From: Octopus vulgaris
Taxonomy: Eukaryota
Direction: 5' to 3'
Length of the DNA stretch: 64,000 nt
NCBI GenBank assembly: GCA_951406725.2
Contig: OX597818.1
Coordinates: forward strand, 79,732,001-79,796,000
The notes under the pieces are model-generated. The model was not told where the DNA came from. It made no database searches and was given only the letters and a program-made list of their open reading frames with translations. This document shows, in pieces, positions 53,894 through 64,000 of this stretch (positions within the stretch are counted from its first letter, which is position 1; each line of letters starts with the position of its first letter). The position numbers were made by a program, and so were the translations under genes.

Positions 53894-54322
53894 GGCGTGA
53901 CTATGTGGTAAGAAGCTTGGTTCCCAGCCACATGGTTCCGATTTCCGTCCTAACGAGTGGCACTTCTACTGTAGCCTTGGGCCAACCAAGGCTTTGTGAG
54001 TGGATTTGGTAGACGAAAACTGAAAGTAACATACATGTACATGTATGTTTATATGTATGTGTGTATGTATTTATGTATATAACTATGTGTGCCTTTGTGT
54101 CTGTGTTTGTCCTCACAACAGCTTGTCAACAGGTTTTGGTTTGTTTACGTCCAATAGGATAAGTACCTTGCCAACCGGTTTTGGTTTGTTTACGTCCAAT
54201 AGGATAAGTACCAGGCCTAAAATAATACTGGGGCCGATTCATTTGATTAAAAAACCCTTCAAGGCTATGCCCCAACATGACCGCAGTCTAATGACTGAAA
54301 CAAGTGAACAATAAAAGATAAA
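53894..54322 (+). mobile_element. SINE family A with an internal 45-bp tandem duplication
   Basis: Head and tail match family A. GGTTTTGGTTTGTTTACGTCCAATAGGATAAGTACC occurs twice in 54123-54212. Confidence 0.8.
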
Positions 54323-55408
54323 ACTTTTAAAAAATTAAATAAAAGTTAATACACCCATAAGTTTCCGTTGAATAAAAGCATAAAATATACCTGCGATGTC
54401 AGTATATGTATATATTCATATATAAATGTGTGTGTGTGATATACAGAAAATGGATATATATGTGTATATGTGCATGTATTTTTTTTCTGTTCTGGTCGTA
54501 TGTATATTTTACGTTTTATTTAATGGTGTATATACTATTAAATATAGTATATGCTATATTTATTTAATGGTGTATATACTATTAAATATAGTATATGCTA
54601 CTAAAGATGATATATTTTGAATACAGTATTTGATTTAGTATATAATGTATACTCTACAGTACGTAGTATATTTTACATATTCTATAGATGTACTATAAAA
54701 GGTATATACTATAATGTGTACATGCAATTAAGTTTCGTCTGAAGCATCAAGAAATTTTAAGACAACTTTTTCTAAGATGCTCAAATACAAATATAATTGT
54801 AAATAAATATCTCGAAAAGTCCGATTACTTTTGCATTAAATTTTCTGGGTAAATGAGCGGATAGTATGAGCGATGAGAATTGAAAATGCTTCTACTGTAA
54901 ACCGAACAGCCGTCGTAAACCGTGTTTATGTCATATCGGTGGGTATAATGATGAATATTTAGAAATTATGAGAACTCTTGCTGTGGTTAATAGTTAATGA
55001 TGTTGATTTTGTTCTGTGATTGAAAAATAAAATAGATTCAGACAACTGTGCGAAATATTAATTCCTCCAGCTATTCAAATAACATGATATCCTCTGGACA
55101 TTTCTAAACTACTTGCCAATTTCCAGTGAGCCACTCCGAAATTAAATCTCTCCTCCTCCACTCTTGCCCGTTCTGTTCTTCTTCCTTCTCGCCCCTTCTT
55201 TCTCTTTCTACCCCTCTCTTCTTCTTTCTTAGTCTCTCCTCTTTTTCTCTCATTGGTTTGCACCCAAGCCAAGTCTGTGGCAAAAATCCAACACAGTTTA
55301 AACGATGAAAGAGAGCCTGAAACCTTTTCCTCTAGGTTATTGGCATATCAAGTAGTTTATATATATATATGTTCATGGATACGCATATGTCTGTGCCTGT
55401 TTGTGTGA

Positions 55409-55477
<69 letters not shown>

Positions 55478-56604
55478 GCATAAACACGCACTTACACAAA
55501 CAAATATGATAATGTATATAGTTAAGTGGAGACTCACATACTTAACGTAGTGAGCGAGCCAAAAATACTTTTTAATCAATTGAAAGTACTCTTGTAATGA
55601 AATGAAAAGCCATCCCATTATTGAAGTAACTTCAATTAAAAAATAGAAGATATACACAGTTAAAAACCGAAAGATTATCCAGTCATCCACGGATGATTAC
55701 TACTACATCATTGGCAAACTATATATGGGATTTGAAAGACAATCAAGTATAACATCCAGTAAAGAATGTGCTAGAGGCCAAATATATAGAGCAATGGTGT
55801 CAAGAAGTGCAGTTTTTATCTAATTGATAGGGCATGAATTCTACAAAACTTCAAAGATTTTAATACCTGCCTCAATTCCAAAAATGAAGCTTTTCCATGA
55901 CACCCATCCATAGGCAAGTAATACTAGCCGACGGAAAACCCCAACCATTTCACTGTAAGTTGTCTTAGTGAATCAATCACTTTAGTGTGAATGACACTTC
56001 AAATATTCTTCTCTTTTTTTTTATAACAACCTATTCATTCATTACCATTTCTTATTTTCTTCCTCTTCTGCTTACGTCATATTCCCTCTCAGCACCCTTT
56101 TGACAATAAATGAGAAGCTAAAAGCTAATGAAGTTTTTGAAATGTGTATTAATATAACTAGACATAAGAGACGGTGTTTTCCACGCATTACATTTTAGCA
56201 TCTTGAAAATGTAGTCCTAGAAATTCTAGGTCCAATTAAAAGACAAATGGCAGCGGATAGACGATCTTTGATCTACAGCGATTTATTTTGAATTCTTGTA
56301 AGTTTTTGAAAAAACGCATATAAACGGAGCAGACATCTAGAATAATTTATGAAAAGATAAAATTAGTCAAAAGAGGAAGTGGGGAAGAGAAATTAAAGAA
56401 ATATAATAAACAGAAAATAGAAAAGAGAGATGTGTAGAGACATGAGGAAGGGAAAAAGAGAAAGAGACTCGTAGAAAGGGTTTAAATAACAAGGAATCGA
56501 GATATGAAAAGTGCAAGGTAATATCAGAAAGCCAAGAAATTTGGTAGAATTTGGTCAAATTAATCCCTAAAAATTGGTATTGATTTGCTGAAGAGAATGA
56601 AAAA

Positions 56605-56638
56605 TCTAACGTTTCAGTCATCTATTCTTCTTCAGAGA
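56605..56638 (-). ncRNA. Minimal hammerhead-like motif, canonical core
   Basis: Minus: TCT-CTGAAGA-AG(AATAGATGA)CT-GAAACGTT-AGA. Stems are very short. Confidence 0.45.
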
Positions 56639-57330
56639 AAGAAAATATGATAGGCTACTATCACGGTGAACGAATGCACTCGAAAGAAACATGTGGAAAA
56701 AAACCCATTTTACATCGAGGTTACGAACAGATCTTTTACGAAATATTTACCGTATTTTAAAAGTCATTTCCACTTTAGAATACGTTTTAAATATACCAAT
56801 ATAAATTGTAATGGTATTCCCTTGAAAATAATTTTCTAAAAATTTTCAATATTGTCTGTTTAAAGAAAGCTAAAATATAAATATTTACTGTACAAACAAC
56901 TTACATTTTTGAAATCTGATAAAAATATTGTGTTTAACAAAAGCGAAAATAGAAACATTTACTGTAAAACAAAAATCGTATTTTTTCGTTGTCAACTCAC
57001 TGTGTCTAATAGAAAGATGGGAGTTTCTTCCCTTTCGGGATGAAGATTATTTTCGGGACATTTCCACCGCTTTGGGTATTTAGACTCCGAAAACCTCTAT
57101 CTTGAAAATCACTTTACCGATTTACGTGAAACTTGTTACATTCCGATCGTATTAACATTTGAGGGTAAACTTAATTCACAGTATTTTCCCATCAAGCGCC
57201 AGTTTGGCTGAGTAACATTGCAAGCAAGCAGGATTCAATCTACTTTTAATAGTATATAGATATATATACACACACACGAGTGAGTGGACAAACGAAAGAA
57301 GGGCACTCAACACATTTATTAGGAGTTACA

Positions 57331-57502
57331 TGTGTGGATCAAAACAGTGTGATACAAATTCCTTAGTACTTTAAGTTTCAATGCTTGATGCTAATCCTCA
57401 ACCACTGAAAATTTGAGTCAAGTTTCCAATGGCTGACAATTAGCTTCACGCTTTGAAACTTAAAGTACCAAGGAATTTGAATCAAACTATTTTGATTCAT
57501 AT
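57331..57502. repeat. Foldback element with two divergent hammerhead-like motifs
   Basis: Plus: TGG-CTGACAA-TTAGCTTCACGCTTT-GAAACTTAAAGTA-CCA (57430-57470). Minus: TGG-TTGAGGA-TTAGCATCAAGCATT-GAAACTTAAAGTA-CTA. Confidence 0.7.
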
Positions 57503-58116
57503 ATATTTGCGCTTTGTGATTTCATCAAAGACAAAGTGATTGTAAACACCGCCGACTGAGAGGTAGGCGAGTGGCCAAGAGAGTTAAAATGTCGAACTGA
57601 AGATTTGAAGATTCTCTAGGAGTTGTCACGAATGTCTAATAAGTGCCCATGAAATCTGTGTCCCAAATGGTCGCCCGTTTTACTCAAGTATAAAGCACTG
57701 CAAAGCGTGCAAGTTATTCAGTATATTAGGTTAAGGAAGTGTAAACAAATGATCGATTATGTTGATACCAGACTTGGGACCTGCTGTGAGGACATCGGGG
57801 CCATGTTAATAGAACACGTAAGGCAACGAAGTTAAAAACACGTGATGGTGGGTGTGTCCAGGAGGGATGAACAACGGAGAAGGTCGAGTAGTCGAGCAGA
57901 TTTATATCTTTTGTAAAGGATAGGCGTGGAGGTTCGGGAAAAGTTGGGCGAGGTTGTGGGGGGTTGGATAGCAGAAAGTAGAAATTGCCAATATGAATAC
58001 AGATACGTAGTTTCTGTAAAATACAGAAAACAAGGTGGGAATGAAATGGAATAGATACTGACACGAAGAATTGGGAAGGTTAAAGAGATATAACGCATGA
58101 AAACAAAAATATATAT

Positions 58117-58156
<40 letters not shown>

Positions 58157-59030
58157 AAAGGAAGGATTATACAAGAATAGAGTAAAGAAAGACATAAAGA
58201 TATAAGCAAGAGAAGAAGAAGAAAAATCTATTCCCATGTGTTAGGTTAGGAAACTTTAATATTGAGGCGGAATGGTTTTATTTATTTCATTTTTTTTTTC
58301 TCTTATTGGCATCCTTACAGATCAGTTGTATGGCTGTTGCGCTAAATAGACTTTCAATGAATAGCTGTCATCAATGTTTTTTTTTTTTTTATTTGGAAAA
58401 GAAGTGAACTCTTCCGTCTGCCAATGTAAGATTTACTTGTCTAGATCACGAAATACCGACGTTCCAGAATGTTCCGGAAGCCCTCACCGACAGCAACATA
58501 TTACAACAGCCTCTCGCGTTGCTATTTTTAGTGGATATTGAATGAAACTTTCTTTTCTTTTCTTTTTTCTTCTGTATGTTGAAAAAAATCAACTCTAATA
58601 AGCTGTGTGTTGATTTATACGTTTGTTTCCAACGTCCTATTATAAGCTATACAGACCGTCTGCATGTCTACTGATACACTTACATCATCCATTGTTTATA
58701 AAATATCATTTTTTTTTATTTCATTCTTTTATTTATTCGTGTACTTTATTAAAAAAGGGGTGTAAACAGAGATAAAATGATTGTAATTTATTCGTATTTG
58801 AGTTTTCTGTCCGTTATTACTCCGAGTCTCCTGCTATCATCTCGTTCCTCACGATCTTAAAGATACTCAGAATAGTGAGAGTGAAGTCTCAGCTTTGAAC
58901 AAATGAATAAGTTCTATTACTTTAATCATCGCTCGTTCTCTTCACTCACGTACACATACACAAATGCATTCACGCAATTGTGTTCGCACGAGATTGGGTG
59001 TGTGTATGTGTGTTTGTGTGTGTATGTGTA

Positions 59031-59071
<41 letters not shown>

Positions 59072-59074
<3 letters not shown>

Positions 59075-59268
59075 ATTGCAGCATGGAAGGTGTTTATAAG
59101 CCATTTAAAAACACACAAAAACCGTTAGATTCACTTCAACATTTAAATTTACTTTGTCAAAATATTTTCGTCGCTTTGAGACCGCGACCTGGTCACTGAC
59201 AAAATTCCGAGCATGAAATTCCGAGTATTTTTTAAATGGCGTATAAACACCTTCCACGCTGCAATTGT
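59072..59268. repeat. 197-bp element with 40-bp inverted arms enclosing a hammerhead
   Basis: Arms 59072-59111 and 59229-59268 match at 38 of 40 positions. Confidence 0.85.
59153..59203 (-). ncRNA. Minimal type I hammerhead ribozyme motif, G3-C8 core variant
   Basis: Minus: TTTGTCA-GTGACCA-G-GTCGC(GGTCTCAAA)GCGAC-GAAA-ATAT-TT-TGACAAA. Perfect 7-bp stem I, perfect 5-bp stem II, palindromic stem III. Confidence 0.75.
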
Positions 59269-59293
59269 TTTTGTTTCAGCAATATTTTTAACG

Positions 59294-59337
<44 letters not shown>

Positions 59338-59955
59338 GCGGTGCTCCAGCATGGCGAATGATTCACGCTGAAATCTACAAGTTATTTTCCCTCTCCCTAT
59401 GTTTATTTTTTCTTATTCCTTTCTGTTGAAAAGCGTAGCCTCGAAACGTAAAAGACTTTTTCATTTTTCCCGAGCGTCAAACTTACACGCTTGTTCTTCA
59501 TACACCAGTTTTCGTCTTTTGTTTTCTTTTAAACTTCAATTATGTAAGCTCACGCGATCACATCAGTTTGATCCTGATTGAACTTCCAACTCTTTTAACT
59601 TGCATATGTGAACCACTTCCCGAACTTCCAGCACCTCTCCCCATCCACAAACCAGCACTCCACCCGGATTCCCACTGGATTGCCTGACTCTACCTTCACG
59701 GATTTCAGTGGATTTTTTCGTTGGTATATATATAGGAATCTAATGCTCTAGCTTTGTTTTTGCTTGGGCTGGCCAGATTGGAGCAATTTCGAGTATAACC
59801 AGCCGAAATTGCAAAGATAATCTGGAACTGACTGAGGAAAGAAAACTCCAAATGACTCGTCCTTTTTTTCTTTGTATCGTCTATCTGGAAGTTTTGTTGT
59901 CCCTTTTTTGTATCACCTGTCTGGATGTTTTGCGTTCTTGTCCCATTTTGTATTT

Positions 59956-60035
<80 letters not shown>

Positions 60036-60060
60036 TGTGTGTATTGGTGTGTGTACACAA

Positions 60061-60219
60061 CAGCTTTTTTCAGTTTCCGTCTACTGAACCCACGTGCAAT
60101 GTTTTGGTCAGGCCGGACCTATAGTAGAAGACACTTGGTCAAGTTGCCACGTACTGGAACTGAACCCGGAACCATGTGGTTGGGAAGCAAACTTCTTACC
60201 ACACAGCCACGCCGGCGCC
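60061..60219 (-). mobile_element. SINE family A 5' half
   Basis: CTGAACCCGGAACCATGTGGTTGGGAAGCAAACTTCTTACCACACAGCCACGCC. Confidence 0.85.
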
Positions 60220-60541
60220 TATGATCCTGAATAAAATATTGGTTGGCCCCGGTTGGGTTACCTATGATCACCGCTCTACTGGATGAGTGTTCATCTATAG
60301 CTAACCAAGAACAAATTACTCATATTTAGTTCGAAGTTTAAAATTACAAAAACAAAAAATGTTTTAAGAGACAAAGAACTCCGGAGGTAAAATGTCGTTT
60401 TCAGGGAAGGAAAAAGTGGTGAAGTGTTAAGAACCGGGGTTCATGCAATAGAATTCGTTGAAGTAGATGACTTGAAGAAGTGAGAAGAGAACATTCTTAC
60501 GGGTTGCGTACAGTGAGCGAGTTCAGAAAACTAGAGATCAA

Positions 60542-61140
60542 CTAAAGGCGGTGAGCTGGCAGAAACGTTAGCACGCCGGACGAAATGTTTAGCGGTATTT
60601 CGTCAACCGCTACGTTCTGAGTTTAAATTCCGCCGAGGTCGACTTTGCTTTTCATCCTTTCGGGGTCGATAAATAAAGTACCAGTTACGCACGGGGTCGA
60701 TATAATCGACTTAATCCGTTTGTCTGTCCTCGTTTGTCCCCTCTATGTTTAGCCCCTTGTGGGTAATAAATAGGTATTTCGTCTGCCGCTACGTTCTGAG
60801 TTCAAATTCCACCGAGGTCGACTTTGCCTTTCATCCTTTCGGAGTCGATAAATTAAGTACCAGTTACGCACTGGGGTCGATGTAAGCGACTTAATCCGTT
60901 TGTCTGTCCTTGTTTGTCCCCTCTGTGTTTAGCCCCTTGTGGGTAGTAAAGAAATAGGTATTTCGTCTGCCGCTACGTTCTGAGTTCAAATTCCGCCGAG
61001 GTCGACTTTACCTTTCATCCTTTCGGGATCGATTAAATAAGTACTAGTTACGCACTGGGGTCGATATAATCGACTTAATCCGTTTGTCTGTCCTTGTTTG
61101 TCCCCTCTGTGTGTAGCCCTTTGTGGGCAGTAAAGAAATA
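60542..61140 (+). mobile_element. SINE family D insertion: one head plus three tandem ~180-185 bp units, 17-bp TSD
   Basis: AGAAAACTAGAGATCAA at 60525-60541 and 61141-61157. Units restart at GGTATTTCGTC (~60594, ~60773, ~60957). Confidence 0.92.
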
Positions 61141-62506
61141 AGAAAACTAGAGATCAATCAACACAAAGATGGGAAATCAGTGGTTGTAATTTTACCATTT
61201 TTTTTCCATTTTTCAATTGTCTCTTTTTAATCCATCTGGTGTTTTTTTCTTATTTTTGTTTCCTTTTATTTCTTTTTTTTTTTTAAATATTGCTCAGCCG
61301 CCTGTAGTTCTTAATTGTACATTGTGTTATGGTGCTAAAAGAAAGCAAAAAGAAAAAAAAAAGTCAAACGGTATTAAATTTGAGTTTGTTAAGATATATA
61401 TAAACTGTCACTTGGTACGAAGTAACAAATGTAGACGAAGGAGTGATGGCTAAAAGACACCAAGTGTAGAAATATTGAAAAAGATTGTTTTACAAACAAC
61501 AAACTATTCTCCTCCGCCCTAACAACTTTCGCATGAATAGATTTTTAGACAACAAATTGGTCCAACATGATCAACTAAGAGACCTTCTGGGATGTTTACA
61601 TTGTCCAATTCCGTGAAACTACAATTACCAGTTATTTATTCAGTTTTCGTAGGGAGAGCCGGCGTCGTCGTCACCGCTGTCGTTACAGTAGTAGTAGTAG
61701 TAGTAGTTGTTGTTGTTGGTGTTGTTGTTGTCGTTGTTGTCGTAGCTGGGGAAGGTTCGAAGAAATAACAGTTTTAAAATGAAGATTAACTTACCAGATG
61801 ATTGTTATGTCTTCTCTCACACTTATTTTTAATCCTTACCCACCCTTCGTCTGCCGGACTATTTCTCTATAGCTCGATTTCGCTCCCTCTTTCTTTCTCT
61901 CTCTCTCTCCTTCTCTTGCTATCTCTCTCTCCTTCACTCTCTTTGTATTTCTTCTCCCCTTTTCTCTGTCTCTCTCTCTCACTCTCTCTCTCTCTTTCTT
62001 TTTATCTTTCTTGCTTTTCCCAAATCTCGCAATTTACCCTTTATCGTTTTTCTTTCGCTATCTATGCCTATATTTGTGAGTGTGTATAAGAGGGAATGTA
62101 TGTGTGTTTGTCTCTATGCGCATATTTTGTGAGTTAGAGTGCGTGTGTGTCAGTGTGTGCGCGTCTGTGAGACGTATTTCAGCGTGTGTCAATGTACATG
62201 CGTTTATAAGTATGTTTATACAAGGTTAAAAGAGAAACAATAAATTATAGTGAAGGTAACAGAGACGTTCACTAGTTGTATGTATGTGTGTGTGTGTCTG
62301 TGTGTATAAGTATATAAGTATATATGCATGCTGGTGTGTATGTGCGTACATACTTAAGTGTGTATGTATGTATGTATATATGTATGTCTATATGTACGTA
62401 GGTGTATATGTATGTATATCTAGGTGCGTATTGATGAATGTGTGTTGGCGTGAATATATGTATGCATGTGTATGTATGTCGGTGCGTGTGTATGTAGGTA
62501 GATACG

Positions 62507-62538
<32 letters not shown>

Positions 62539-62744
62539 TGTATGTATGTATGTATGTATGTATGTATGTATGTATGTATGTATGTATGTATGTATGTATG
62601 TATGTTTGTATGTATGTATGTATGTATGTATGTATGTATGTATGTATGTATGTATGTATGTATGTATGCGTATATATATTTTTGTACGCATGTTAGTATG
62701 TAGGTGTACATATATATGAATTTAAATAGGTACGTATTATTTTA

Positions 62745-62940
62745 TTCTTTTATTTTTGCTTGTTGCAGTCATTTGAGTGCAGCCATGCTGGAGCACCGTC
62801 ATTTAGTCAAATAAATCGACCCCAGGACTTATTCTTTGTAAACCTGATACTTATTCTATCAAGCTATAGGGACGTAAACACACCAACATTGGTTGTCAAG
62901 CAATGGTGGTGGGGAACAAACACAGACACACACGCACACA

Positions 62941-63008
<68 letters not shown>

Positions 63009-63270
63009 GAAATGAAGAAAATGCTGACAAAATAATTTAAGTAATTTAAGTAATTTAATTAGGTGAAAGTTCTTTTTACCGGTTGCGCATTTGTTATGCT
63101 TATCAAAAGATTAGAGTTCCTTTCTGATATATTTTTTCCTCGACAGGCTTTTTTCAGTTTCCGTCTACCAAATCTTCTCTAGTTTCGGGCTTTGGTCGAC
63201 CCGAAGCTAGAGAAGACACCCAAGGTGCCACGCAGTGGGACTGGACCTTCTTACGACATAGTCATGTATG
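62745..63270 (-). mobile_element. SINE family A split at its internal microsatellite
   Basis: 3' half at 62745-62940 and 5' half at 63140-63270, with (TA)n plus ~135 bp of unrelated sequence between. Confidence 0.7.
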
Positions 63271-63614
63271 TTAGTAGATATGCATAGTGGGATGTATAAG
63301 TATATATTTGTGGGTAGAGAGGAACATATGTAAGTCTATATGAATATGCGTGTTTATATATATATGTATATATACTTGCGTGTGCACGTATATGTATTTG
63401 TGTATATATATATATGCGCATGATTTATATGTGCATACACGAAGAGATAACCATTTGTACATAGGCATGCTTAACTAAATATTTTGCCGATATATTAATC
63501 TATATATGTATGTATATGTATGTAGTGTGTATGTATGTATATATTTATAATATCGTAGATAGACAGACAGATAGATAGAGAGAGAGGGGGGGGAGATTCA
63601 AAAACGCAGGCTGA

Positions 63615-63760
63615 TATGGGAAATTTGCTTCTCAACCACATGTTTCCGTGTTCAGTCCCACTGCACGGCACCTTGAGCAAACGTCTTCTACCGTAGCCTC
63701 GAGCCGAAAAAGACTTGTGAGTGGATTTGGCAGGCAGAAACTGAAAGAAGCCTGTTGTGT
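63615..63760 (+). mobile_element. SINE family A 5' half
   Basis: TTGCTTCTCAACCACATGTTTCCGTGTTCAGTCCCACTGC...GAAACTGAAAGAAGCC. Confidence 0.8.
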
Positions 63761-63808
<48 letters not shown>

Positions 63809-63879
63809 CAAGCACATACACAAACACACACACACATACGTATATATATGTCCTTGTGTACGTGTGCCTGTGTATATAT

Positions 63880-64000
63880 AAGTCGGCGAGCTGACAGAAT
63901 CGTTAACGCGCCGGATGAAATGCTTAGTGTTATTTCACCCGTCGCTGCGTTCTGAGTTCAAATTCTGCCGCGGTTAACTTTTCCTTTCGGGGCCGATTAA
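63880..64000 (+). mobile_element. SINE family D 5' part, running off the window
   Basis: CGGCGAGCTGACAGAATCGTTAACGCGCCGG..GTTCTGAGTTCAAATTCTGCCG. Confidence 0.8.

Noticed and set aside
58290-58380. Acceptor-like site plus Pbx/Meis-like TTGATGACAG as an exon or enhancer
   Set aside because: Short motifs expected by chance in AT-rich DNA; not assessable without conservation data.
60594-61140. CRISPR-like or hammerhead retrozyme array
   Set aside because: Eukaryotic SINE sequence with no spacers and no CUGANGA/GAAA core in the unit.
61790-61850. Minus-strand splice donors (GTAAG) as a first exon
   Set aside because: Isolated motifs with no supporting ORF or partner exon.

Overview
AT-rich eukaryotic non-coding DNA (intergenic or deep intronic), most likely from an octopus. 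This is inferred from the tRNA-derived SINE families, the very high density of (TA)n, (CA)n, (GATA)n, (TATG)n and (TAA)n microsatellites, and the mix of decayed transposons. No intact host protein-coding gene is supported; almost all listed ORFs are microsatellite or antisense artefacts. Recognisable content: four mariner elements; one full-length Tc1 IR/DR element; a hAT/Buster relic; Helitron ends; R4/Dong, HERO/NeSL and RTE LINE fragments; a Penelope-like (PLE) GIY-YIG relic; and dozens of SINE copies in at least four modular families. The most striking signal is about ten minimal type I hammerhead ribozyme (HHR) motifs from unrelated sequence families. They include three versions of the core 3-8 pair (C-G, U-A, G-C), and several sit in 110-200 bp foldback elements. 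Also notable are SINE multimers inside single target-site duplications (TSDs) and an HDV-like ribozyme candidate. All structures were folded by eye, and family names come from recalled motifs rather than database searches.
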